Below are positions 1 to 11,209 of a stretch of DNA of 64,000 bases, piece by piece. Within the stretch, counting starts at the first letter, position 1; every line of letters begins with the position of its first letter. The DNA is from Polyangiales bacterium (lineage in GTDB: Bacteria; Myxococcota_A; Polyangia; Polyangiales; Polyangiaceae), in assembly GCA_038231275.1 (NCBI GenBank), contig JBBRLQ010000012.1, forward strand, positions 165,389-229,388, in the 5' to 3' direction. The position numbers and the translations under genes were made by a program. The notes beneath the pieces are model-generated. The model ran no database searches and was not told where the DNA came from. It saw only the letters and a program-made list of their open reading frames with translations.

Positions 1-5
1 GCCTC

Positions 6-959
6 GTGCGCGCATACGATCTCGATGTGCCGGTGATCCTCATGACCGGCGATCCGAGCTTGCAGACCGCGGTCGAGGCGCTGCGCCTCGGCGCGATGGA
101 ATACATCACGAAGCCGTGGGAGAACGACGCGCTCCTGGCCGCCGTACGCCGCGCCGACAAGCTCCACGCGCTCGCGCGCCTCAAGCGCGAGGCGATGAAG
201 GTGATGGGTGAGCGAGGAGACGTCGCCGGGGACATCGCGGGGTTGACCGTCGCCTTCGAGCGTACCCTCCAGACGCTCTTCCTCGCGTTCCAGCCGATCG
301 TCTCGCACAAGTCGCGCACGGTGATCGGGCAGGAGTGCCTGCTGCGCAGCCGCGATCGCGCGCTCCCCACGACGGCGAGCGTCCTCGACGCGGCACAGCG
401 CCTGGAGCGGCACCACGATCTCGGCCGCCGCATTCGGCTCGTCGCCGCCGAGACGCTGTCCACGCGCCCGCCGCCCGACGGCGCGCTCCTCTTCTTGAAC
501 ATCGACCCGAAGGATCTCCTGGATTCGGATCTCTTCAGCCGCGAGGCGCCGCTCTCGGAGCACGCGTCGCGCGTCGTCCTCGAGATCACGGAGCGCGCGT
601 CGCTCAGCGGCATCGTCGACATCCGCCTGCGGATCGCCGATCTGCGCGCGCGAGGGTTCCGCATCGCGCTCGACGATCTCGGCGCCGGCTACGCGGGCCT
701 CTCCAGCCTCGCGATCCTCGAGCCTGATTTCGTGAAGCTGGATCTCAGCCTGGTGCAGGATCTCGGCGCGTCGCCGGTGCGGCAGAAGCTCGTGGGCGGC
801 ATCATCAGCACGTGCCGGGACCTCGGCATGCGCGTCATCGCCGAAGGGATCGAGCGCCGCGAGGACCGCTTCTTCCTCGCCGAGCTCGGGTGCGAGCTGA
901 TGCAAGGCTTCCTCTTCGCGGTCCCCGGTCTCCCTTACCCGTCTCCTACCTGGGAGTGA
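6..959 (+). CDS. Response regulator with REC and EAL (c-di-GMP phosphodiesterase) domains, probably 5'-truncated by window edge
   Basis: REC C-terminal half (VPVILMTG...YITKPW); EAL motifs FQPIV, ECLLR, VLEITE, ALDDLGAGY, VKLD, IAEGIE, MQGFLF. Confidence 0.85.
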   Translation: MRAYDLDVPVILMTGDPSLQTAVEALRLGAMEYITKPWENDALLAAVRRADKLHALARLKREAMKVMGERGDVAGDIAGLTVAFERTLQTLFLAFQPIVSHKSRTVIGQECLLRSRDRALPTTASVLDAAQRLERHHDLGRRIRLVAAETLSTRPPPDGALLFLNIDPKDLLDSDLFSREAPLSEHASRVVLEITERASLSGIVDIRLRIADLRARGFRIALDDLGAGYAGLSSLAILEPDFVKLDLSLVQDLGASPVRQKLVGGIISTCRDLGMRVIAEGIERREDRFFLAELGCELMQGFLFAVPGLPYPSPTWE

Positions 960-964
960 CGCCG

Positions 965-2458
965 ATGAGCGAAGCCGATCCGTCGTTCGCGTACGGCCAG
1001 GGTTTCGAGCTGGGCGAAGCGACCGGCAACCTCCGCCTCGGCAAGCTCGAGGGATACTACGAGGAGCTGTTCGCCGAGGTCATCGAGGACGGCGTCATCA
1101 CGCAAGAAGAGCGCGCTCGGCTCGATCGCATGGCCGACAACCTCGGCCTCGATCGCGCGCGCCTTCGCCGGCTCGAGCAGGCGCTCCAGGCGGCGTACGA
1201 GGCGCGCCACCAGATCGTGATCCGCGAGCAGCTCGCGCCGGAGGATCTCGCGCCGCCGCGCTCGCTCGTGCCGCTCGAGCCCGCCACCGATCAACGCACG
1301 CTCGCGCTCGAGCGACGGGTGAAATCGCTGGAGCTCCGCATCCGCGAGCTCGAGAGGGAGCTGGAGGAGGCGCGCGCGAGCGTCGCGGTGGAAGTGGACG
1401 TGTCGGGCATCGCCGCGCCGGCCTCCGCATCGACCGACGAGGATCCGCTGGAGCTGGCGAAGCGCGCGCGGATCGATCCGCGCGACGCGGCCAACCTTCG
1501 CGCGCTCTTCCGTCTCGCGACCACGCAGAAGGACACCGATCGCGCGGTGTGCGTCGCGATGGCGCTCGACTACCTCGGCGCGGCGACGCCGGAGGACCGC
1601 CAGCTCCTCGCGCGCGTCTCGACCGGCGCGCTCATTCGTCCGACCGCGCAGGTCACGCCGGAAGCATGGCCGCGCCTCCTCTTCCATCCCGACGAGGAGC
1701 CGCTCGTCGGAGAAATCTTCGCGGTCGTGGCCCCCGCGGTCCTCCTGGGTCGCATCTCGGCGTTGCGACGCGACAAGCTACTCCTCAAGCTCGCGCCCGA
1801 AAAAAAGCAGGATCCGGCTACGTCGACGGTGCAGGCGGTGCGCTGCTTCTCGTGGGCCGCCGCGATCCTCGGAATGAAGGCGCCTGCGAGTTATGCCGAT
1901 CCCGATTTCGAGGGGGCGGTGGAGATGGTCCCTGGCCTGCCTCCCGCGGCGCGCCTCGGTCAGCGCGCGCTCTCGGGACGATCGAGCGCGGAGCTGGCGT
2001 TCTTGGCGGGGCGACATTTGGCGTGCCATCGCGAGGAGCACTTCGTTCGGCTCCTCGTGCCGCGCATCCCCGATCTCGAAGAGATCTTCCTCGCCGCGCT
2101 GAGCATCGGCAACCCGGGTCTGCCGCTCGCGCCGCACGTGAAGCAGCTGGTGATTCCGATCGCGAAGGCGATCGAGCCGATCTTGGAGCCGCTCGCGATC
2201 GATCGTCTGCGCGGCGCGTTCCTTCGTTTCGTCGAAGAGGGCGGTCGCACCAACCTCCAGAGGTGGGCCGCCGCGATGGACAAGACGAGCGCGCGCGCGG
2301 GCTTCCTCCTCGCGGGCGATCTCCGGGCGGCGCACGCGATCTTCGAAGCCGAGGACCGCGCGCACGTCACCGAGCGAATGGACGATCTGCTCGTCTTCGT
2401 GACCTCCGACCGCTACGCGCGGCTCAGGAAGCAGCTAGGGATCGCCATCGCGAGCTGA
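965..2458 (+). CDS. Myxobacterial hypothetical protein (coiled coil, helical C-terminal domain resembling that of large TPR proteins)
   Basis: ATG at 965, 5 nt after upstream stop; typical codon usage; C-terminus RAGFLLAGDL...DLLVFVTSDRYARLRKQLG. Confidence 0.65.
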   Translation: MSEADPSFAYGQGFELGEATGNLRLGKLEGYYEELFAEVIEDGVITQEERARLDRMADNLGLDRARLRRLEQALQAAYEARHQIVIREQLAPEDLAPPRSLVPLEPATDQRTLALERRVKSLELRIRELERELEEARASVAVEVDVSGIAAPASASTDEDPLELAKRARIDPRDAANLRALFRLATTQKDTDRAVCVAMALDYLGAATPEDRQLLARVSTGALIRPTAQVTPEAWPRLLFHPDEEPLVGEIFAVVAPAVLLGRISALRRDKLLLKLAPEKKQDPATSTVQAVRCFSWAAAILGMKAPASYADPDFEGAVEMVPGLPPAARLGQRALSGRSSAELAFLAGRHLACHREEHFVRLLVPRIPDLEEIFLAALSIGNPGLPLAPHVKQLVIPIAKAIEPILEPLAIDRLRGAFLRFVEEGGRTNLQRWAAAMDKTSARAGFLLAGDLRAAHAIFEAEDRAHVTERMDDLLVFVTSDRYARLRKQLGIAIAS

Positions 2459-2490
2459 CGCGAACGACTACGGCGCTTCTCAGAGAGCCT

Positions 2491-3546
2491 TCACAAAGCC
2501 TTCACCCATTTCGCCCACGCATCCCCCAGCTCGCTCGGCGGCTTGCCCATCACGCTCGCGAACGCACGCACTCCCGTGGGATCGTCGGCCGCGTTGTCGC
2601 GCCACGCTTGGTAGAACGCCCAGAGCTTGCCGCGCTCGTCGAGCCACTGGCACACGTAGCGCGCCATCGCGTAGTGGAGATCCTCGGCGTCGTCGCGGAA
2701 CGTCTCGTCTGTCATGCCGAAGAGCGCGTCGAGCCGCGCGACGCCGCGCTCGGTGGGCGAGCTCAACGCCGTGATGAGCCTCGGGTGGCGCCAGTTCTTC
2801 GCGCCGTGGATTTCCCCGGTGCGCGGGATCACCGGCGCCTCGAAGAGCGACGCGATGCCTTCGTTGATCCATGCGGGCGCCTGCGGAAAATCGGTCTCCA
2901 CGATCGGATGCACGAGCTCGTGCGTGAGCGTCCCGAGGCCGAGCCCGGCGTTCATCACCATGCGGCGCTCGTCGGGACGGTAGAAGCCGTACTTGGAGAG
3001 GCACTTCTCGCCGTACTTCGCCTTGCAGTACGCCTCGTACGGCGCCGCTTGCGCGAACAGGTACACGCTGATCGCGTGGTCGGGCTTTTTCTGGAAGCGC
3101 CCGGTGAAATAGGCGCCGAGCGCGTTCTTCACGAGGCCGACGCTCTGCGTGAACGCGGCGCCTTCCCATCCGGGCGCCCCGTACAAGAGGAAGACCTCGT
3201 CGACGACCTGCGCCGGGATCTTGGGACCCAGCTCCGCGCGCGCTTCCGCGAGGCGGGCCGCGCGATCGGCGACGAGATCGTACGGCGGCGGCGCAGGTAC
3301 CGCGGCAGGAGCGTCGGCGCGCGGCGGCGGAGCGTTCGGAGACGACATCGGCGCGACGCGGGCGGCCGCCATTTTTGGAGCCGTCGCAGCCGCGGGGGCG
3401 CCGACGCCGATCACGGACTTCGGACCGCTCGCGCCCTGCGCGGCGGGAGACGGCGGCGCAGGAGGCGTCCGGCAGCCTGCCACGGCGAGGCTCGTCACCA
3501 GGCAGACCGTCAGGCAGATCGCCCCCACGCGCGCGCGGACCTTCAC
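2491..3546 (-). CDS. Lipoprotein, gluzincin-type zinc peptidase-like
   Basis: Signal peptide with VAGC lipobox; HELVH...WINEGIA motif. Confidence 0.7.
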   Translation of the reverse strand: MKVRARVGAICLTVCLVTSLAVAGCRTPPAPPSPAAQGASGPKSVIGVGAPAAATAPKMAAARVAPMSSPNAPPPRADAPAAVPAPPPYDLVADRAARLAEARAELGPKIPAQVVDEVFLLYGAPGWEGAAFTQSVGLVKNALGAYFTGRFQKKPDHAISVYLFAQAAPYEAYCKAKYGEKCLSKYGFYRPDERRMVMNAGLGLGTLTHELVHPIVETDFPQAPAWINEGIASLFEAPVIPRTGEIHGAKNWRHPRLITALSSPTERGVARLDALFGMTDETFRDDAEDLHYAMARYVCQWLDERGKLWAFYQAWRDNAADDPTGVRAFASVMGKPPSELGDAWAKWVKAL

Positions 3547-3668
3547 CCCGCTACCGACACGCGAGGCGCGGCCTCCTTGGCCTCCGTGCAGCTCCTTGCA
3601 GCCACGCCGAATGCGGACTAGCGTGGCCGCGCCGTACCGGGGGGAGCAAGCTCAGAAAAGGCGAGGAA

Positions 3669-4433
3669 ATGGCCAACAAGGTCGTACGTTTGCCGCTCGT
3701 AGGAGCGGGGTTTGGCGCGACGCTTCGGAAGGACAACTGGTGGCTCGGCCCCGCGATCACGTTCGTGGTGCTCTCGAGCTTCATCGTGTACGCGACGTTC
3801 CGCGCATTCGAGAACAACTTCTTCGAGTACGGCCCGTACCTGTCGCCGTTCTACTCGCCCTACATCGAGTCCAAGGGTTTCGGGATCCCGTTCCTGTCCC
3901 CGGCGATGCTCATCCTGCCGGGCCCCGCGAGCTTCCGGTTCACTTGCTATTACTACCGCAAGGCCTACTACCGCGCGTTCGCGATGGATCCGCCGGCGTG
4001 CGCGGTCGGTGAGCGGAACGCGCACAAGTACAACGGCGAGAAGAAGCTCCTCGTCATCCAGAACCTCCACAGGTTCGCGATGTACGTCGCGGTGCTGTTC
4101 CTCGTGTTCCTCTGGCACGACTTCATCAAGTCGCTCAACTTCGACGGCCACTTCGGGCTGGGGCTGGGCTCCCTCGTGCTGCTCACGAACTGCACGCTCC
4201 TCTCGGGGTACACGTTCGGTTGCCACTCGTTCCGCCACCTCATCGGCGGCAGCGTCGACAGCTTCAGCGAGGCGCCGCTCGGCAAGCTCCGCCACACGCT
4301 CTGGACGCTGGTGACCAAGCTGAACGAGAACCACATGGCCTTCGCGTGGTCGAGCCTCTTCGGCGTCGCGCTCACGGATCTCTACATCCGCATGGTCTCG
4401 AGCGGCGCCATCCACGACATCCGCTTTTTCTGA
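3669..4433 (+). CDS. Succinate dehydrogenase membrane anchor, Rv0249c-like
   Basis: ATG at 3669 after GAGG; about 5 TM segments; FRFTCYYYRKAYYRAF and GCHSFRH motifs; directly upstream of sdhA. Confidence 0.8.
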   Translation: MANKVVRLPLVGAGFGATLRKDNWWLGPAITFVVLSSFIVYATFRAFENNFFEYGPYLSPFYSPYIESKGFGIPFLSPAMLILPGPASFRFTCYYYRKAYYRAFAMDPPACAVGERNAHKYNGEKKLLVIQNLHRFAMYVAVLFLVFLWHDFIKSLNFDGHFGLGLGSLVLLTNCTLLSGYTFGCHSFRHLIGGSVDSFSEAPLGKLRHTLWTLVTKLNENHMAFAWSSLFGVALTDLYIRMVSSGAIHDIRFF

Positions 4434-4452
4434 TCCGCGTCGAGCAAATCAC

Positions 4453-6273
4453 ATGACCGAAAAGAATTTCGAGACGCACGAGCACGACGTGCTCGTCATC
4501 GGCGCGGGCGGCGCAGGCCTCCGCGCGGCCATCGAGGCGAGCGCGATGGGCCTCAGCGTGGGCCTCATCTGCAAGTCGCTCCTCGGCAAGGCGCACACCG
4601 TGATGGCCGAGGGCGGCGTCGCTGCGGCGCTCGGCAACGTCGAGTCGCGCGACAACTGGCGGGTCCACTTCCGCGACACGATGAAGGGCGGCCGCTACCT
4701 GAACCAGTGGCGCATGGCGCAGCTGCATGCGCAGGAGGCCCCCGACCGCGTCAACGAGCTCGAGGAGTGGGGCGCGCTCTTCGACCGCACCGCCGACGGG
4801 CGCATCCTCCAGCGCAACTTCGGCGGCCACACGTATCCGCGTCTTGCCCACGTAGGCGATCGCACCGGCCTCGAGATGATCCGAACGCTCCAGCAGCACG
4901 GCATCCACACCGGGATGCACGTCTACATGGAGTGCACGCTCACGCGCCTTTTCACCGATGGTGAGCGCGTCACCGGATGCTTCGGATATTGGCGCGAAAA
5001 CGGCAAATTCGTCGTCTTCAAGACCAAGGCGATCGTCATGGCGTCGGGCGGCATCGGCCGCATCTTCAAGATCAACTCGAACTCGTGGGAGTGCACCGGC
5101 GACGGCCAGGCGCTCGCCTACCTCGCGGGCGCCGAGCTCATGGACATGGAGTTCATGCAGTTCCACCCCACCGGAATGGTGTGGCCCCCCAGCGTCCGCG
5201 GCACACTCATCACTGAGGGCGTGCGCGGCGAAGGCGGAACGCTCCGCAACAAAGACGGCAAGCGCATCATGTTCGGCTACATCCCCGAGCTCTACGCCGG
5301 CGACACGGCGCAGACCGAGGAGGAGGCCGACACGTGGCTCCAAGACAGCGCGAAGGGCATCGCGAGCAAAGCGAAGCGCACGCCGGATTTGCTCCCACGT
5401 GACATCGTCGCCCGCGCCATCCACACCGAAGTCAAAGCCGGTCGCGGCTCGCCGCACGGCGGCGTCTTCCTCGACATCGCGACGCGCCGCTCGGCCGAGG
5501 ACATCAAGAAGAAGCTCCCGGCGATGTACCACCAGTTCATGGAGCTCGGGGACGTCGACATCACGAAGGAGCCCATGGAGGTCGGCCCCACGGGCCACTA
5601 CACGATGGGCGGCATCAAGGTCGATTCCGACACGCAGGAGTCGCGCGTGAAGGGCCTCTTCGCCGCCGGCGAGTGCGCGGCCGGCATGCACGGCAGCAAT
5701 CGCCTCGGCGGCAACTCGCTCAGCGACTTGCTCGTCTTCGGGCGCATCGCCGGCGCTCACGCGGGCAAGTACGCCAAGAGCGTCCAGGCCAAGGAGCTCG
5801 ACAAGGGCGCCATCCAAGAGGCCGAGAAAGAGGCGCTCTCCCCCTTCGACCACGCCGAGGGCCCCAACCCGTTCGCGCTGCACGAAGATCTGATGAACCA
5901 GATGCAGAAGTACGTCGGCATCATGCGCAACGCCGAGGACCTCGCGAGCGGGATGAAGGAGCTCGAGCGCCTCAAGTTCTCGCTCGGCAAGGTCGCCGTC
6001 TCGGGCCCCCGCCACTACAACTCGGCGTGGCACGAGGCGATCGACATGCGCAACATGCTCATCGTCAGCGAGGCGATGGCGAAGGCGGCGGCGCAGCGCA
6101 AAGAGAGCCGCGGCGGCCACGCGCGCGAGGATTTCAGCGAGATGGACAAGGAGCACTTCGCCAAGGTCAACATCGTGCTCCGCCGCGGAAAGAACGGCGA
6201 GATGGAGCTCGAAGAGGTGCCACTCCCCCCGGTTCCCGACGAGATCAAGAAGGTCCTCGAGGAGAAGGAATAA
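4453..6273 (+). CDS. sdhA: Succinate dehydrogenase/fumarate reductase flavoprotein subunit
   Basis: GAGGAG FAD-binding motif, HTVMAEGG, QFHPT, HYTMGG, HGSNRLGGNSL, RKESRGGH. Confidence 0.95.
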   Translation: MTEKNFETHEHDVLVIGAGGAGLRAAIEASAMGLSVGLICKSLLGKAHTVMAEGGVAAALGNVESRDNWRVHFRDTMKGGRYLNQWRMAQLHAQEAPDRVNELEEWGALFDRTADGRILQRNFGGHTYPRLAHVGDRTGLEMIRTLQQHGIHTGMHVYMECTLTRLFTDGERVTGCFGYWRENGKFVVFKTKAIVMASGGIGRIFKINSNSWECTGDGQALAYLAGAELMDMEFMQFHPTGMVWPPSVRGTLITEGVRGEGGTLRNKDGKRIMFGYIPELYAGDTAQTEEEADTWLQDSAKGIASKAKRTPDLLPRDIVARAIHTEVKAGRGSPHGGVFLDIATRRSAEDIKKKLPAMYHQFMELGDVDITKEPMEVGPTGHYTMGGIKVDSDTQESRVKGLFAAGECAAGMHGSNRLGGNSLSDLLVFGRIAGAHAGKYAKSVQAKELDKGAIQEAEKEALSPFDHAEGPNPFALHEDLMNQMQKYVGIMRNAEDLASGMKELERLKFSLGKVAVSGPRHYNSAWHEAIDMRNMLIVSEAMAKAAAQRKESRGGHAREDFSEMDKEHFAKVNIVLRRGKNGEMELEEVPLPPVPDEIKKVLEEKE

Positions 6274-6276
6274 GTC

Positions 6277-7101
6277 ATGGCAGACAAAGCGACGGTTCGC
6301 GTCTTCCGTGGCAACGAAGAAGGCGGCGAGTTCAAGGAGTACGAGGTCGAGACCTACACCGGCATGGTGGTGCTCGACGCCATCCACGAAATCCAGGCAA
6401 AACAAGCGCCGGATCTCGCGGTGCGGTGGAACTGCAAGGCCGGCCGCTGCGGCTCGTGCAGCGCCGAGGTGAACGGCAAGCCGCGCCTCATGTGCATGAC
6501 GCGCATGAGCCACTTCCCGGAGGGCGAGCCGATCACGGTGACGCCGATGCGCACCTTCCCGATCATCAAGGATCTCGTGACCGACGTCTCGTTCAACTAC
6601 GAGATGGCGAAGAAGATCCCGCCGTTCAAGCCGCGCCCGCGCGACGCCGACGGGCACTGGCGGATGCAGCAGTACGACATCGATCGCATCCAAGAGTTCC
6701 GCAAATGCATCGAGTGCTTCCTCTGCCAGAACGTGTGCCACGTCCTTCGTGACCACGACAAGAAGAAGGAGTTCGCCGGTCCGCGCTTCTTCATCCACCT
6801 GGCCACGCTGGAGATGCACCCGCTCGACACCGTCGATCGTCGTCAGATGATGAAGGACGACTTCGGGCTCGGCCTCTGCAACATCACCAAGTGCTGCACG
6901 GAGGTGTGCCCCGAGCACATCCAAATCACCGACAACGGCATCATCCCGATCAAGGAGCGCGTCGCCGACGACAACTACGATCCGGTCAGGTGGCTCCTCT
7001 CCAAGTTCAGCGGCAAGAAGAAGAAGAGCCTGCCGGTGATCCAGAGCACGCCCGGAGACGCCGGCGCGGCCACCATCAAGTCGAAGAAGAAGACGGCCTG
7101 A
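6277..7101 (+). CDS. sdhB: Succinate dehydrogenase/fumarate reductase iron-sulfur subunit
   Basis: CKAGRCGSC, CIECFLCQNVC and CNITKCCTEVCP Fe-S motifs. Confidence 0.95.
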   Translation: MADKATVRVFRGNEEGGEFKEYEVETYTGMVVLDAIHEIQAKQAPDLAVRWNCKAGRCGSCSAEVNGKPRLMCMTRMSHFPEGEPITVTPMRTFPIIKDLVTDVSFNYEMAKKIPPFKPRPRDADGHWRMQQYDIDRIQEFRKCIECFLCQNVCHVLRDHDKKKEFAGPRFFIHLATLEMHPLDTVDRRQMMKDDFGLGLCNITKCCTEVCPEHIQITDNGIIPIKERVADDNYDPVRWLLSKFSGKKKKSLPVIQSTPGDAGAATIKSKKKTA

Positions 7102-7120
7102 GCGTTCGAGAGGGGGCATC

Positions 7121-7624
7121 GTGTACGAGCTGAAGCGCCTCGCAGAGAAGAACCTGGGCCCCGCGCTCGAGCGCGCGAAGCACTACCGCGACTTGAACCA
7201 GCCGGAAGAGGCGGAGAGCATCTGCCGTGACATCCTCGCCGTCGCGCCGAGCGATCAGGAGACGCTAAAGACGCTGGGGCTAGCGCTCACCGATCGTTTC
7301 CCGAAGAACTGGAACAACCTCTTCGACGAGACGCTCGTCATTTTCAAGAAGCTCACCGCCGAGTACGATCGCATCTACTACGAGGGCGTCGCGTGGGAGC
7401 GACTCGCCAAGGCACACCTCGACGGGGGGCAGGCGCACAACGCGGCGCACGCGTTCGAGCATGCCCTCGAGCACTTCGAGCGCGCGATGAAGCTGGTGCC
7501 CGACGCGGGCGATCCGATCCTGCGCTGGAATCGCTGCGTACGGGCCCTCCGCGACCACCCCGAGATCGTCCGTGCGCTGGAGGTCCCGCGCGTGAGCGGC
7601 CACGACATCGGCGACTACGAGTGA
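7121..7624 (+). CDS. TPR-like helical protein, probably fourth gene of the sdh operon
   Basis: GTG start after GAGAGGGGG, 19 nt after sdhB stop; TPR-like helices. Confidence 0.65.
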   Translation: MYELKRLAEKNLGPALERAKHYRDLNQPEEAESICRDILAVAPSDQETLKTLGLALTDRFPKNWNNLFDETLVIFKKLTAEYDRIYYEGVAWERLAKAHLDGGQAHNAAHAFEHALEHFERAMKLVPDAGDPILRWNRCVRALRDHPEIVRALEVPRVSGHDIGDYE

Positions 7625-7749
7625 GCCCGCCCCGAGCGGGTGCGACATTCGGTTCATGGCGGGTGGCACACCTTCGCCGCGCTTCTTTACGATCGAGCAC
7701 GAAACAGGCTCGATCGTCGACGGCGCGCGTCTTGCTGAGGTACGCCCCG

Positions 7750-8979
<1,230 letters not shown>

Positions 8980-8986
8980 TGCGCGG

Positions 8987-11119
8987 CTACTTCTTCGCGG
9001 CTTCGATGGCGAGCTTCTCGCGGTACTTCTTCGTCATCTCTTCCTGCTCCTGCTTGGGGACGACGGCGTAGCGGGCAAACTCCATCGTGAAGGTGCCCTT
9101 GCCCTGCGTCGCGGAGCGCAGATCGGTCGAGTATCCGAACATCGCGTTCAGCGGCACTTCGCAGGTGATGCTGACGCTGTCGCCGCCGACCGTCTCGAGG
9201 ATGACGCCGCGGCGCTGGTTGACCTGACCGACGACCGAGCCCTGGAACTCGGTGGGAGCGTCGATCTCCACCTTCATGATCGGCTCGAGGATCGTCGGGT
9301 TGGCCTTCGCGTAAGCTTCGCGGAAGCCCATGATCGCGGCGGTCTTGAACGCCATTTCGGATGAGTCGACCGCGTGCGCCGCGCCATCGTTGACGCAGCA
9401 GCGGATGCCGACGATCGGGAAGCCGATCTGGGTGCCCTTGCGGACACCTTCCTTGAAGCCCTTGTCGCACGACGAGATGAACTCGCGGGGGATGGAGCCG
9501 CCGCTCACGTCGTCCAAGAACTCGTAGGACTCGACCGCGTCCGCGGGGAGCGGCTCGATGTAGCCGAGGATCTTGGCGTACTGACCGGAGCCGCCGGTCT
9601 GCTTCTTGTGGGTGTAGTTGATCTCCGCGCGGCGCGTGATCGACTCGCGATAGGCCACCTGGGGTTTGCCCGCGATGACGTCGCAGTTGTACTCGCGGCG
9701 CATGCGCTCCATGTAGATGTCGAGGTGGAGCTCGCCCATGCCGCTGATGATGGTCTGCTGCGACTCCTCGTCCTGGTGCACGCGGAACGTCGGATCTTCC
9801 TTGGTGAAGCGGTTCAGCGCCTTCGAGAAGTTGGTCTCCGTCGCGCGATCCTTCGGGGCGACGGCGAGCGAGATGACGGCCGCCGGCACGTGCATCGACG
9901 TGAGCGTCCAGTTGACCTTGCCGTCGGTGAACGTCTCGCCGGAGCTGGCTTCGACGCCGTAGAACGCGACGATGTCACCGGCCTCGGCGGACGGGATCTC
10001 CTCGCGGTCCTCGGAGTGCATGCGGAACATGCGGGGGACGCGCACCTTCCGCTGCTCGTTGCTCACGTTGTAGATGGTGTCGCCGGCCGAGACCGTGCCC
10101 TGGTAGACGCGGAAGTAGGTGAGCTGGCCGTACTTGTCCTGCTGCAGCTTGAAGGCCAAGCCGACGAACGGCTTGGTCGGGTCGGACTCGACCACGACCT
10201 TGGCTTCAGCGTTGTCCTGGTCGTGCGCCTCGTTCAAGACCTCGGTCGGACGCGGGAGGTAGTGGACGACGCCGTCGAGCAAGAGCTGGACGCCCTTGTT
10301 CTTGATGGCCGATCCGCACATCACGGGGGTCATCTTGAGGGCCAACGTCGCGCGGCGGATGGCGGCGCGCAGGTCGTCGACCGAGATCGGCTCCTCGCTG
10401 ATGAACTTCTCGGCGAGCGTGTCGTCGACGTCCGCGACGTCGTGGATGATCTTCTCGCGCGCCTCGGCCGTCGCCTTGGCGAACTCCGCCGGCACGTCGA
10501 CCTCCTTGATGATCTCGCCGTCCGCGCCCTCGAAGAAGAAGGCCTTGCCGATGATCGGGTCGATGATTCCTTTGAAGTCGGACTCCGCGCCGATCGGAAC
10601 CTGGAGCCGGACCGGGTGGTGGCCGAGCTTCTCCTTGAGCATGTCCGCCACGCGCTCGTAGTTCGCGCCCGGGTTGTCCATCTTGTTGACGAAGGCGATG
10701 CGCGGGACGCGGTAGCGCTTCATCTGCTTGTCGACGGTGATCGACTGGCTCTGCACGCCCTTGCCCGAGTCGAGGACGAGGATCGCGCCGTCCAGCACGC
10801 GCAGCGCGCGCTCCACCTCGATGGTGAAGTCGACGTGACCTGGCGTGTCGATGATGTTGATGTTGATCGGCTGGAACTGCGACTGCGACCCGTTCCACAC
10901 GCAGTACGTCGCGGCGGACTGGATCGTGATGCCCTTCTCGCGCTCGAGATCCATCGAGTCCATCTTGGCGCCGACGCCGTCCTTGCCGCGCACCTCGTGA
11001 ATCTTGTGGATTCGACCCGTATAAAACAGGATCCGCTCGGTGAGCGTCGTCTTGCCGGAGTCGATGTGCGCCGAGATGCCGATGTTACGGATGCGGTCGA
11101 GGGGGATGCGAGCGGCCAC
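8987..11119 (-). CDS. fusA: Elongation factor G (stand-alone paralog)
   Basis: [52 protein letters not shown]. Confidence 0.95.
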   Translation of the reverse strand: MAARIPLDRIRNIGISAHIDSGKTTLTERILFYTGRIHKIHEVRGKDGVGAKMDSMDLEREKGITIQSAATYCVWNGSQSQFQPININIIDTPGHVDFTIEVERALRVLDGAILVLDSGKGVQSQSITVDKQMKRYRVPRIAFVNKMDNPGANYERVADMLKEKLGHHPVRLQVPIGAESDFKGIIDPIIGKAFFFEGADGEIIKEVDVPAEFAKATAEAREKIIHDVADVDDTLAEKFISEEPISVDDLRAAIRRATLALKMTPVMCGSAIKNKGVQLLLDGVVHYLPRPTEVLNEAHDQDNAEAKVVVESDPTKPFVGLAFKLQQDKYGQLTYFRVYQGTVSAGDTIYNVSNEQRKVRVPRMFRMHSEDREEIPSAEAGDIVAFYGVEASSGETFTDGKVNWTLTSMHVPAAVISLAVAPKDRATETNFSKALNRFTKEDPTFRVHQDEESQQTIISGMGELHLDIYMERMRREYNCDVIAGKPQVAYRESITRRAEINYTHKKQTGGSGQYAKILGYIEPLPADAVESYEFLDDVSGGSIPREFISSCDKGFKEGVRKGTQIGFPIVGIRCCVNDGAAHAVDSSEMAFKTAAIMGFREAYAKANPTILEPIMKVEIDAPTEFQGSVVGQVNQRRGVILETVGGDSVSITCEVPLNAMFGYSTDLRSATQGKGTFTMEFARYAVVPKQEQEEMTKKYREKLAIEAAKK

Positions 11120-11209
11120 GGAATTTTCTCTCTCTTCGTGAGGGGGGGACCTGGTGCGTCGAAACGCCTGCCTCCGTTACCACGTCTTCCGGCAAAAGCG
11201 CTGAGTTTG

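Noticed and set aside
6..959. ECL instead of EAL as an inactive phosphodiesterase
   Set aside because: The other catalytic motifs are retained and ExL variants are common
4372..7119. Long antisense ORFs (also 9374-11359, 24882-26846, 31663-34164, 56242-58542)
   Set aside because: Shadow frames of well-supported genes, expected in high-GC DNA
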